A DNA stretch of 63,061 nt, counting the filler, from Octopus bimaculoides (Eukaryota): assembly GCF_001194135.2 (NCBI RefSeq). It is 6 parts of 6 records of this genome, joined end to end, with 100 filler letters (N's around TTAATTAATTAA, not from the genome) between each part and the next. Parts side by side here need not be neighbours in the genome. Positions count along the whole stretch, not along the records: positions 1 to 4,267 come from NC_068984.1; positions 4,368 to 26,908 come from NC_068983.1; 4 more parts are not named here. One strand, given 5' to 3'. Shown here piece after piece: positions 1-11,590 of this stretch; within the stretch, counting starts at the first letter, position 1; each line of letters opens with the position of its first letter. The notes under the pieces were generated by a model that was not told where the DNA came from, ran no database searches, and saw only the letters and a list, made by a program, of their open reading frames with translations. The translations under genes and the position numbers were made by a program.

Positions 1-161
<161 letters not shown>

Positions 162-798
162 GTCTATCGACCCTCTAAAAGAAATGATTATTATTATTGT
201 TGTTGTTGTTCATCTATTGACACATATTACGCATCGCTCCTCTAAGTTTGTTGTCATTTATGTTCTTGCACAAAGTTATATATTGTACATTTTTTTACTG
301 TTATATAGATAAACTAACCAGGACTCTAGGGAGCTGGTTAGTTTTTCTCCATCTGCAGAGGCTAAACTGGGGTTTGCTTAGTAAATACGCCCCTCAATTT
401 TTATTTAGAGAAGAAAGATGGCAGACGAGGATTGTTCCTCCGCTGAAAAGAACAACCTGTTATCCGCAAAACAGAAGAGCAAAATTCTAAAACAACGACA
501 TCATTAACGAATAAAACCAGAACAAGGAAAACGAACCATGCGAATGAGGTAACGAAGAAAAGGGCTGAGAGTAAAGCTATCCCTGAACGGTCGTGCAGAG
601 GTGGAGAACGCTTACGTAGCTTCCGTCATTTGTTGTTCTTTATATGTGTGTCGCCTTAGGTTAGATCTCACTTATTCGAACCTGGCTAGTATGGTGCATT
701 TCGTTCGGGTAAGAGATTGTAGACAAAGGAAGTCAGATAGAGAATAATTATGAAAATGTATGTTTATAGAGATCTTTGTGTTTTACAATGTTGTCCTT

Positions 799-876
799 CT
801 ACTGCAATATTTGATGCCTTTTCTCTACAGCAATATTTGATGCCTTTTCTCTACAGCAATATTTGATGTCTTTTCA
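799..876. repeat. Three tandem copies of a 26-bp unit
   Basis: CTACAGCAATATTTGATGCCTTTTCT x3 with few substitutions. Confidence 0.9.
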
Positions 877-1138
877 CCACGAAGATCTATACGCAGAAAA
901 ATCTCGTTTTTTTTTATTTGATAGCTATTGATGTCCATCCTTTCTTCACAGACGAACCAACAACAAACTCAGTTATTTGCTATTGATATGTACACGGAAC
1001 AAAGTCGTAAGTTATATATAAAAAAATACTTCTGGTTTCGTGGTATTTTTAAATCCTTCGTCAGGTCAATCGTTTTTACAAGCCAACATTTTTAAAGCAA
1101 TTGATTGAGATCGAAGTGAGTGGGACCGATTGGCAGGT

Positions 1139-1478
1139 GCTTGCGTGGCACCTTGGGCAAGTGTCTTCTACTATAGCCTCGGGCCGACCAAAGCCTTTTG
1201 AGTGGATTTGGTAGACGGAAACTGAAAGAAGCCTGTCGTATATATGTATATATATATGTATATGTGTATATGTTTGTGTGTCTGTGTTTGTCCCCCCAAC
1301 ATCGCTTGATAACCGATGGTGGTGTGTTTACGTCCCTGTAACTTAGCGGTTCGGCAAAAGAGACCGATAGAATAAGTACTAGGCTTACAAAGAACAAGTC
1401 CTGAAGTCGATTTGCTCGACTAAAGGCGGTGCTCCAGCATTGGCCGCAGTCAAATGACTGAAACAAGTAAAAGAGTAA
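1139..1478 (+). mobile_element. 5'-truncated tRNA-derived CORE-like SINE (family A, octopus OR-type-like) with internal (TA)/(TG) tract
   Basis: CCTTGGGCAAGTGTCTTCTACTATAGCCTCGGG core, internal TA/TG tract and the 3' end ...CAAATGACTGAAACAAGTAAAAGAG; high identity to copies at 3016, 13062, 32887 and 50712. Confidence 0.9.
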
Positions 1479-1774
1479 GGGACACAATCGTCGCATCACT
1501 TTCGTTTACAACATTTTNNNNNNNNNNNNNNNNNNNNNNNNNNNNNNNNNNNNNNNNNNNNNNNNNNNNNNNNNNNNNNNNNNNNNNNNNNNNNNNNNNN
1601 NNNNNNNNNNNNNNNNNNNNNNNNNNNNNNNNNNNNNNNNNNNNNNNNNNNNNNNNNNNNNNNNNNNNNNNNNNNNNNNNNNNNNNNNNNNNNNNNNNNN
1701 NNNNNNNNNNNNNNNNNNNNNNNNNNNNNNNNNNNNNNNNNNNNNNNNNNNNNNNNNNNNNNNNNNNNNNNNNN

Positions 1775-1808
<34 letters not shown>

Positions 1809-1962
1809 GACCGGCTTCTTTCAGTTTCTGTCTACCAAATCCACTCACAAGACTTTGGTTGGACCTTGGATATAGTAGAAGATACTTACCCAAGGCACCA
1901 CACAGTGAGACTGAACCCGGAACCATGTGATTCGGAAGCAATCTTCTTACAACACAGCCACT
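1775..1962 (-). mobile_element. Family A SINE, 5' half, running into a gap at its internal (TA)n
   Basis: Reverse complement of the tRNA-like head and core seen at 3016-3180. Confidence 0.85.
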
Positions 1963-2195
1963 AAATTCAATTTTAATTACAATAAATAAAAAAGAGAAAT
2001 GGTGGAACTAGTAATAATCTAGGATTACGGTTAAACAGTATCGTTTGTAAAGTGCCCGGGGCTCTGGGACCTTATCAGAATAACCTGAAATTTGAATAAT
2101 TGATATTCGGTTAATCGAGGTTTGATTGTATTCCTATGGCTCCAGCAATTTTGATGGCATTACAAAACATCGTTACAAAAATACATTTTACTTTC

Positions 2196-2320
2196 TTAGT
2201 TTACATTTAGCTAGTTTACATTTGGTTTACATTTAGAAGTTCAAGCAGAAATATTTGTTTACATTTAGCTTAGTTTACATTTAGTTTACATTTAGAAGTT
2301 CAAGCAGAAATATTTGTTAT
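2196..2320. repeat. Nested tandem duplication (GTTTACATTTAG subunits inside two ~63-bp units)
   Basis: GTTTACATTTAGAAGTTCAAGCAGAAATATTTGTT occurs twice, with repeated GTTTACATTT(A/G)G subunits. Confidence 0.85.
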
Positions 2321-3015
2321 GTATAATGAATCCTAGTAACAGTGCTGTTAAAAGAATTCTCAGAAGTTTCATCGTACAGAAAAATTTAGAAACCTAACGA
2401 TAGAAACAGAATTATAGTTTATGGTTCTTTAATATATTTTAGTTGACAATTATTTTGGTACCAGTGTAAAAAAAAAATTCATCTGAATAATTCAGCCCAA
2501 ATTTTCCCCCCAAAGAACTGCAAGAATTTTCAGTAAACAATTTAAATTTCAATGTTTGCCTTGGAAAAATGCTTCAGCGCGTTTTCTCTTGGAAACTGTT
2601 TGCAAATTTGCTTGCAGCATTGGGCTCAGCCAATGTTATTTAAGGAATGCTAAACTCAATTATTGCATAAGTTATGAAATTTTCCAAACTAGTCCGTGAA
2701 GAACATGATGAATACTATGATTTAATAACATAAAAAAAAAATTGAGTGAGTTAATATTGCAAGGTCAACTTCTTGATGCAGAAAAATATTTCAAAAATTT
2801 TGTTGACATGTAACTCAAGAAAAATGCGACAACGACTAACAGTTTTGTTTGTTGTCAAAATTTATGGTTAATCTTCTTTCACAGCCACATTCTTTAGTAT
2901 TAAAATTTAAAATATTGCCCCTTTCATCATGAAAGTATGGTTATAAGAACTGGGGTACAAATATACGATGTCTAATATACACATCAAGACTATCGATCTG
3001 ATATATATTTTGATT

Positions 3016-3455
3016 TAGGAGTGGCTGCGTGGTAAGTAGCTTGCTTACCAACCACATGGTTCCGGGTTCATTCCCACTGCGTGGCACCTTGGGCAAGTGT
3101 CTTCTACTATAGCCTCGGGCCTACCAAAGCTTTGTGAGTGGATTTGGTAGATGGAAACTGAAAGAAGCCTGTCGTTTATANNNNNNNNNNNNNNNNNNNN
3201 NNNNNNNNNNNNNNNNNNNTATATATATATGTCTGTGTATGTGTGTCTGTGTTTGTCCCCCCAACATCGCTTGACAACCGATGGTGGTGTGTTTACGTCC
3301 CCGTAACCTAGCGGTTTGGCAAAAGAGACCGATAGAATAAGTACTAGGCATCCAAACAATAAGTCATGGGGTCGATTTACTCGACTAAAGGCGGTGCTCC
3401 AGCATAGCCACAGTCAAATGACTGAAACAAGTAAAAGAGTGAAAGAGTAAAGAGT
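3016..3455 (+). mobile_element. Near full-length family A SINE
   Basis: A-box-like TGGCTGCGTGGTA, B-box-like GGTTCCGGGTTCATTCCC, CORE-like segment, internal (TA)n containing a gap, and conserved 3' tail. Confidence 0.92.
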
Positions 3456-4156
3456 ATATATATATATATATATACATATAATTATATAAATGATATGTAT
3501 ATATATATATATATACATATATGTGCGCGCGCGTGTGTGTGTGTGTATGAGTGCATATATGGATACAGGACGTCACTAACAGTAACCAAATGAGTTAAAT
3601 ACGCAAATAATGAGAGAAAAAATGGAAAACGAGGCAAGTAATACAAAGAATGACCCTTTATCAGTTGTCGGCTGGCTATCTACTCCCCATTTCGAGCAAT
3701 CAACGACAATATGAGTCTTCGAAGACAGTTGCTCCCATAAATACCAAAATAAAAGGGTTTAAGATTCGAACAAAAACAGGACAGTGGAGACATACAGAGA
3801 AATCAAACGGAAACAAATATGGAGGACCGTTAGACCTGAACGAGGGGAATATAGTGAATACTGAGAGAAATATTTTCTTTGAAAAGAGAAAAGGTACAAG
3901 ACAGAGATAGGAGACGTCTAGTCCTTAGAAGGTCCGTGCAGAAATAAAGATGGACGATGGTCACGTGTGAGCAACGAGATAGAGAAAAAGAGAAAGAGGG
4001 GAGAGAGAGAGAGACAGATAGAAAACGACGAAAGGGAGAAAAGGAAATTAGAGAGAATGAAGGTGAAAACAGTATAGAGTAGAATCGTATCAAAAATCGT
4101 ACAATAAACTTACTTGGAAATGAATGCGTGGCGTAATGCATCCATTTCCAACTAAG

Positions 4157-4203
<47 letters not shown>

Positions 4204-4236
4204 TCTCTATCCATCTATCTATCTATACATACATAT

Positions 4237-4267
<31 letters not shown>

Positions 4268-4367
4268 NNNNNNNNNNNNNNNNNNNNNNNNNNNNNNNNN
4301 NNNNNNNNNNNTTAATTAATTAANNNNNNNNNNNNNNNNNNNNNNNNNNNNNNNNNNNNNNNNNNNN
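4268..4367. other. Artificial scaffold linker 44N-TTAATTAATTAA-44N (also at 26909-27008, 28953-29052, 34088-34187, 60165-60264)
   Basis: Exactly 100 bp, identical architecture five times; the palindromic 12-mer has stops in all six frames. Confidence 0.95.
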
Positions 4368-4455
4368 CTTCGATCCTGTTTCTCGCGTTCAGCTCTGTCT
4401 TCAGTATTGCTCTTACCCTGCGATAACATTCTCTATTGCTCTCACCCTGCGATAA

Positions 4456-4456
<1 letters not shown>

Positions 4457-4531
<75 letters not shown>

Positions 4532-5165
4532 TAATAGTTTTATCACGTGTTATCACTGCAATATCGAGCACATCTCTGTGTGCCTTGGGTATATGCTGTG
4601 GTTTGTTTTGGTGTTCTTAGGATGTGTGTAGTGCTGCATACTGTTATTTTCTGTGGGGTATATATACTTGTTAATTCCTGTAATGTATTTGTTTGAATGT
4701 TTCTTTTTTCTCATACATAATACGCCTACTATAATAGGAATTGTTTCTGGTTTTAAGTTCCGCAATCGAGTTACCTTTACTACCAGATCTTTCTATTTTG
4801 AAAGTTTCTCTGTTTCTTTTAGAAAAACATTACCATGAGTTGGTGTCTATTATATCCAACCAATTGGTCATAATTTCTCTAGCTGTGTGTAGTGGCATAT
4901 TCAGAGTATGGTTGCTTTCTCATTTTCTGTGACGTGAGTATACCATTTTTTCTGTTATTATTCCAAAGTGTTGGCATAATTTCCAGTGTGCATAGGTCCC
5001 AACTCTGTCGTCTCAGCATATTCCTTCTTAGCCAAGATTGGGTATGCAGAGACAATATGACTTATTGTATCTTCTTCATCATCATATTTTCTACTGTTAC
5101 TTGTATTTCATTTCATTACGTACCTTTGGTGATTTTTGGTTGGAATACTCTGACCTTGCGCTGTT
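4457..5165 (-). mobile_element. Decayed 3' part of an RLE-type (R4/Dong/NeSL-like) non-LTR retrotransposon with (AAT)n tail
   Basis: Minus-strand translation gives a degenerate zinc-knuckle region (EDTISHIVSAYPILAKKEY) and the RLE C-terminus (NLKPETIPIIVG...); ends in (AAT)n at 4457-4528. Confidence 0.85.
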
Positions 5166-5224
5166 AATTTTGTTCTTATTTTATTGTCTTTGCACAACTT
5201 CCAACGCTCGAGATGAACTACGGT

Positions 5225-5430
5225 GTAAGCTGTTCACTACCAGTAAACTAAGGTAACATACCGCATGTTTCGAGCATCATCCATCCGGTTCGATCGGTTC
5301 TAAGCAGTGCGATGTTCTGCAAGAGCTCTACCCTTTTTGCAGCCCCTATTTCTTCCATGTACTTCTCAACATTTTACTCACTGTTCCCAGAGCTCGGACG
5401 ATTATAGTTACTGCGGCTGAATTTGCCTTT
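5225..5430 (-). mobile_element. Short 3'-end fragment of a second RLE-type LINE family
   Basis: LGTVSK...VELLQNIALL motif and 3' UTR CTTAGTTTACTGGTAGTGAACA, shared with the copy at 14560-14930. Confidence 0.75.
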
Positions 5431-6399
5431 CCTCCTCTCGAGGTCGTTGCAAAAGTATGAAGTGAGCGCTAAAATCTATATAATCGAGTCAACAATTCCC
5501 TTAAAATATCCAGCACAAGGACAAGTATTCTTATCATTGAAGCGATGAGCCAAACATTTCGGCTAGTGTACTAACGAATCTGCCAGGTCACCGCCTTATG
5601 TCATAAAATAACAATATTCAAGGACTTGGGTCGGTGTAATTGAATTGGCCCTCCATCGACAATTTGCTGTGGGGTCACAATTTAAAAGAAGCATCTTCCT
5701 AAATGATGTGTTTTTTTTTGTTTCTGTTCTCGCTGTTGTCATGGTCGTCGTTGTTAACTGAAATACCATTCATACTACCATGTAGGTCATCATCATCCGG
5801 AATTCATGAAAGTCCTGATAGTAATTGCTTTTTATTAATTACTATTTCGTCGGTGATAATCTTCTTTAATAAAATAGAAAAAAAAGAACAAGAAAATATA
5901 ACCCATCAGATTACAGACAGAAAAATAAAACTACAATGAAGAAAGTGTTGCTAAATTTGACATATGTTGATATTAAAATCATTATACTTCAAGACAGCTA
6001 AGGAGGAACAAAAAATAGATTTCACATAGTTTTATATAGTTTCTTTCTTTCTTAATCTTTAAAAAGAACTAACATATTTTGTAATCACGCTGAACGTTTT
6101 CATACATTATAGAATCTTTAGAGCCGACTCAATTATTGGTGTGAAATTAAGTTTCATTTTCTGATAAAATATTTAAATGCTTAAATCCCCAATAAATATA
6201 TTAATTTTTAATTAAAATCAATAGAATTCTTTGTGCTAAAATTAGCTGAACGACAAAGGAAGAGGTTGATATGAGATTGGAATACGAAAGGGTGCAACGA
6301 AATAAAAATAAAATCGATGTCTGCAAAACTTCATTGAAATGAAGATAGTTAATAGACAGCGCTATGAATTATAACGATAGTGTTGTTTCCTGAGATTTA

Positions 6400-6600
6400 T
6401 GGAGATGATCATTATAATGAGGTGAATAATTATTATGTGTTGTTGATGACGACGATAACGAGAAGGACGTCGACGATAACGATGAAGATGACAACGACTA
6501 GGACTACCACTACTATGATGATGATGAAGATGATGATGATGATAATGATGATGAGGAGAGAAAGAATAGTTATGGAGAGAATGGTGCTGATGTGATAACT
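6400..6600. repeat. Cryptic trinucleotide tract (GAT/GAC/AAT)
   Basis: Degenerate GAT/GAC repeats that create spurious poly-M/T ORFs. Confidence 0.8.
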
Positions 6601-7294
6601 GACACAGTCACAATGTTGCCGATTAGTATACAATGTGTAAATAAATTTTCAACAAAAGAGTACATATGTTAACGTAATTTTCTCACTGATATTATAGTCA
6701 AAGCAAGCAGAAATGTTATTGAACCAAGGCTGCGCTCTGTAGCTGCTTGATCTGATTCAAGCAGCAACTAAATCGATGTCATCCAACATAATTGAGCATC
6801 AATAATAGTTTCATACATAGATGCATAGCCTGTACTTTCGGGGGAGAGTCTTTCGGAAAACTTTGGTCTCATTGCTTAACTCGCACTTTATTTTATCGAC
6901 TACGGATGAATGCCAATGTTGTCGGTCCTGGGATTTGAAGTTAAGCTACATAACCATAAAGGAAATCCATTTGCTTCGATGCTGTAACGTCATTGTCCCC
7001 AACACTACTCTCGTATCAGGTACGGAAGTGTTAATCAAGTATTCCGTTGGCAAAACTGATGTATTTATTTTCGTTATTAAGTGTCTTCGGTCGTGAGACG
7101 GGATTAACCAAAAGTTCAAGTGAGAAAGATCGAATTCTAATAAGGCTTATTATCCCTAAGGGATAATTAACCAAAACTAAATACAAAAATTATCGTTTGA
7201 TATAATCTTCAAAAATATATTAATGTTAACGTTGATAGTACTTTAGTATTGACTTCATATTTTCACACAAGACCAGCAAGACCAGCAAATTTGA

Positions 7295-8280
7295 GGAAAC
7301 ATCATGTCGGTTACATCGATCCCGCCATTCAGCTGGTACTTATTTGAACAGTCGCAAATGGTGAAAGCAAAGACGACCCTGGTGGCATTTGAAATCAAAA
7401 TGTAAAAGGAGAAGCGATGTTGCTAAGTCTTTTGGCCGGGGAGGTAACAATTCTGCAAGTTAACTCCATTGATAGTATTTTAAAAATGATTTCAAATGTT
7501 GGCACAAGACCAGCCAGTTCGGGAGAGGGTGTAAGTCATATACATCGACCCCCGCCTTGCTGCTCAACTGGTGTTTATTTTATTGATCCCGAAAGGATGA
7601 AAGTCAAATCGAGCCCTGCGGCATTTGACCTCAGAAATAACTCTGTAAAGATTCTGTCAACTCGCAACCCTTGATAGCATTTGGATATAGTTTCCAAATT
7701 TTGACACACAGCCAGCAATTTCGGGGAACGTGTAAGTCAATTGAATCAACTCCAATCTTGTCGTGGCACTTATTTTATCGACCCGGAAATGATGAAATGT
7801 CGTTCAGCATTTTTTTCAGTGCTGTAATGTTTATGACACCACGCCACTTTCGATATTATATTAAAAACGTAGCAAGCTGCCAGAAACGTTATAACAACGG
7901 GCAAAATTCATAGTGGTATTTCGTCTGCCGTTACGTTCTGAGTTCAAATTCCACCGAGGTCGACTTTGCCTTTCATCTTTTCGGGGTCGATAAACCAGCT
8001 ACGCACTGGGGTTGATGTAATCGACTTAATTCCTTTGTGTGTCCCCTCTATGTTTAGCCCCTTGTGGGCAATAAAGAAATAAGAAACGTTAGAACACCGG
8101 GCAAAAGCAAAATGCTCAACCGCATCACGTCTTCATATTCTGAGTTTAAATTCCGCCGAGACCAAGTCCGCTTTGTATCGTTTCAGGTCGATAAACTAAG
8201 TACCAGTTGAACATTGTGATGGACGCAATCTGCTTACCCACTCCCCTGAAATCGCTGAGTCTGTGACAAAATTTTAAATC
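7295..8280. mobile_element. Cluster of about five decayed Nin/Deu-domain-like tRNA SINEs (three on minus, then two on plus)
   Basis: Repeated GAGTTCAAATTCCGCCGAGGTCGACTTTGCCTTTCATC(C)TTTCGGGGTCGATAAA...AGTACCAG motif on plus at ~7940 and ~8140, and its reverse complement at ~7310-7400, ~7540-7640 and ~7730-7830. Confidence 0.75.
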
Positions 8281-8917
8281 AATATTAAGAACATATAAGT
8301 CGACTATTCATATATAAAATATAATATTTCAATTGAACTTCATTTAATCTTGATAATATGCTCTTATGCATTGCTCTTAGTTGGAATCCTCTATGAAACA
8401 TATATATCACTTCGTTTCACAATATTTTTTTTTTATTAATGAATTATTAATTAAATTTAGAATATTGCACACTGGATATTATTTTTAAAACGTCTGCTTA
8501 TTTAGCGAGTAAATTACCTAGAGACATCCGACACACGTTCTTCTAGTACATATTTCTAAAATGTTAACTCCCAGATTCTGTTCAAAACATTTTTTACCGT
8601 TGTTCTTAAATTCCAGAAGATCACTTCAAATACATAAACGTGAACTGATACTTTAATGCATAATATAATTAATTTTAGAATGTCTTTTGAACGAAGCGAA
8701 GCACAAATAGTTCAAAAGACGTAATGAAACCGTGTAATTAAATAGGTAAGGATTATGATATGAAATTGTACATACATATTTCAAAGATGTATATCTAATT
8801 GAAAATGTAGCAAGTATTAAAACGTATGAATTTAAATAATAAACAGACATCTTAATACTTAGTATATTAATACTTTTAGGTTATATTCTTGATTAAGTTA
8901 TTGTGTTTTTCCTACAG

Positions 8918-9004
8918 TGAGTGAAAATGAGATTAATGGTAATGTTAGTTGCATTGCTGACGTTATGCTAATAACACTGCTAATTGAAGAAGTAAATATA
9001 GGAG
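8918..9004 (+). other. Candidate exon of an unidentified spliced transcript
   Basis: Acceptor TTGTGTTTTTCCTACAG| and donor GAG|GTAACA; contains a short signal-peptide-like ORF MRLMVMLVALLTLC*. Confidence 0.3.
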
Positions 9005-9152
9005 GTAACATTTTGCCTGCGAGGATGTTGAAGATTAATGACGCAAAAAACTGAGTACAAGCATTTTGATTTCTATTCTAAATAATATCATAGAATATAT
9101 TTTGGTTTCTGGAGGACAGAGATTCTAATACGTTTCTATATTTTTTATTCAG

Positions 9153-9948
9153 ATTTTGAAAACAGAATTTGAAGTGCAATATATTAAGTCAGTGCTTTGA
9201 CACATCGACTCTTTATCGATATCTGATTATGAAGAGAAATTCTGGCGACGACGACGCGACGATAATGAGGTTGTTGATGTTTGTGATGATGAGTCTACAA
9301 CAATGAGAAGGGAGCTCATGTTGATGCATTCCGATTTAGACACGAGACTTGTAGTTTTGAGCAATGGATATAAATCGAGATTGACAACGCTATTCATTCC
9401 TACACATTTCAGTTTATCTAGTCACGATATGGATGAACTGTTGTGGTTTGTCGATATCCGCGTGGGAACTGTATGAAAACGCATGTTTCACCTGTCAGAA
9501 AATTGATTTGCAAGGCTTATTGCAAACCCATTCATGTCAAATAAAACCGAAGACACAAAGTGGGCCGCTCTAAGGGACCTAAAGTTATCTTGAAATACTC
9601 TAAGCGTCCAAAGAAATAAGTTTCTCCCTGTTGAAACATTAACAAATACTATTATGAAGACATTGTCTTCACTGCCGGACATATTTCTGTGTTTCACAAC
9701 ACAGTCCATATCGTGAGAATCAAACCTGAAGTAAAAGTGTCATGCATTCCACTTTCCTACCCCAGTCAACTGGGAGATGCATGCATCGAATATGGACATA
9801 ACACTATGCAGATTGGAAATATGAGCTTCGGCGTTGGCGAATGAATTTACATTGGGTGTCCCTGCTTCGATGGTGACCATAAGCGACGTGCCTATATAGT
9901 CCATGTTCTGAACAGGGTAACGTAGGTTGAGCGGCTTAAACAATATTT
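9153..9948 (+). pseudogene. Candidate long exon or decayed coding segment, product unknown
   Basis: Strong acceptor TTTTTTATTCAG| and donor |GTAAGC; unique, higher-GC sequence; stops in all plus frames; one minus frame has only about four stops over ~250 codons. Confidence 0.25.
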
Positions 9949-9976
9949 GTAAGCTTATGTGTTCTCTCTCTCTCTT

Positions 9977-10039
<63 letters not shown>

Positions 10040-10040
<1 letters not shown>

Positions 10041-10500
10041 GCCAATACACACAGATAGAGAAATTTAGGCCAATAGGCCATATATTGTTGTCAGAGATCA
10101 TGAAGAAAAAAATGCTTTCTAATTGATGTATCAATACCAGCAGATGACAACGTTTCTCTAAAAGAAATCGTGAAACTTTCAAAATAAAAAGATCTGGAAA
10201 TAGAGGTAACATAAATGTGGAATCTAAAAACAAAAACAATTTCTGTCATAGTGAGCGCATTAGGTACGATAAAAAATATTCAGACAAATACGTAACAAAA
10301 ACACCAGGACTTACAAATATATATAACATACGGAAAATTGCACTACTGGGCACTGCATACATCCTACGCAAAACACTTTCAATACAGTAACCATAAGAGC
10401 CTGACATCAAACCACATCACATACCCAAGGCACACAGAGCTGCGCTCGGTAGTGAAGTGAAAGCACATTATGAAAATAAAACTACTGAATAATAATAATT
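10040..10500 (+). mobile_element. 3' fragment of an RLE-type LINE (same family as 4457-5165)
   Basis: PIHTDREI*ANRPYIVVRDHEEK-CFLIDVSIPADDNVSLKE...MWNLKTKTISVIVSALG...IALLGTAYILRKTLS, then 3' UTR and (AAT)n. Confidence 0.88.
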
Positions 10501-11372
10501 GTAATAGTAATGAATAGAATTTATAAATATTTTCATGCATCTCTACGGGTCTTTTCCCAAGTCACATTGACTCTTAAAATCACATATTTCCCAGTTGTGT
10601 TGCATCTCTGCTCACATGAAGTAATATGGCCTTTANNNNNNNNNNCCCAGTTGTGTTGCATCTCTGCTCACATGAAGTAATATGGCCTTTATTCTGTAGC
10701 CGCCAAATATCGAAGTATCGCTTTGGTTATAAACAAGCCATCTATTGATTGCTCCCATCAAATATATTTCAACTTACCTTACGTTATCAGAAAACACGCC
10801 CGAGGGCAAACAAACTATTCACTGTGTTTTTCGCTTAGCAAATGAACTCATGCCCTTCTGAAGGCAAATATCTTGAAAGGAATTCAAATTCTGTCATCTT
10901 TCCTTAAAGGTTATCTGTCTAATTTTTAATGCTCTCTCATCCAAAGATATAACGTGCCTAGAACTCAAGTAGTCAGTTCCCATTTTCGTTACTGACGAGA
11001 ATTGACTCCATCTAAATTATAACTCCAACCATTGATGCCCAATAATGAAACATTTTGCTAGTCCAATTCTTGGATTTTGAAAGCCTAGCCTTCGACTGTG
11101 TTGATCCAGTCGCATTTGCTTTAGCCAACTATCTGATACTGTTCCTATGATATTTATAGGTCTAGCTGTCTTGATCGTTACCTACTCTAAACTCCATTTT
11201 TTTTCTAACTGGTCCTGAGAAACGTCCCTGCGATGGCGATATCAACATGGATTTCTTCACATCAGGAAATTTAAAAAATTCTCGACTTCTAACTAGTCTC
11301 TGTCCTGCTCTTGTATTTAAAGAATTTCATTCTGTTGAGATGAAAATGTGTTAAAGATATATAAACGTATAA

Positions 11373-11590
11373 GGCGCGAGGTGGCCGAAACATTAGCACG
11401 CTGGGAAAACGCTTAGGAGTATTGCGTCTGCTTTTATGTTTTGAGTTCAAATTCCGCCGAGGTCGAATTTTCCTTTCATCCTTTCGGGGTCCATAAATTA
11501 AGTACCAGTTGCGTACATGGGTCGATATAATCCCATGCCCCCCCCCCCAAAAAAAATGTTGGGCCTTGTCCCTAGAGTAGAAAAGGATAT
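11373..11590 (+). mobile_element. Nin/Deu-domain-like tRNA SINE
   Basis: tRNA-like head, GAGTTCAAATTCCGCCGAGGTCG B-box/Nin motif, 3' tail GGGCCTTGTCCCTAGAGTAGAAAAG. Confidence 0.8.

Noticed and set aside
411-549. Acceptor + ATG (MADEDCSSAEKNNLL...) + donor GTAACG
   Set aside because: In-frame stop after 29 codons and the other frames are closed; insufficient support.
3016-3090. tRNA-like sequences at SINE heads
   Set aside because: A and B boxes are present but no complete cloverleaf, and they continue into SINE bodies; not tRNA genes.
4312-4323. TTAATTAATTAA as a biological motif (piggyBac TTAA or homeodomain site)
   Set aside because: Always centred in a 100-bp N linker; synthetic.
10586-10690. 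Direct repeat flanking a 10-N gap
   Set aside because: Same ~46 bp on both sides of a 10-N gap; typical unmerged contig overlap or haplotype artefact.
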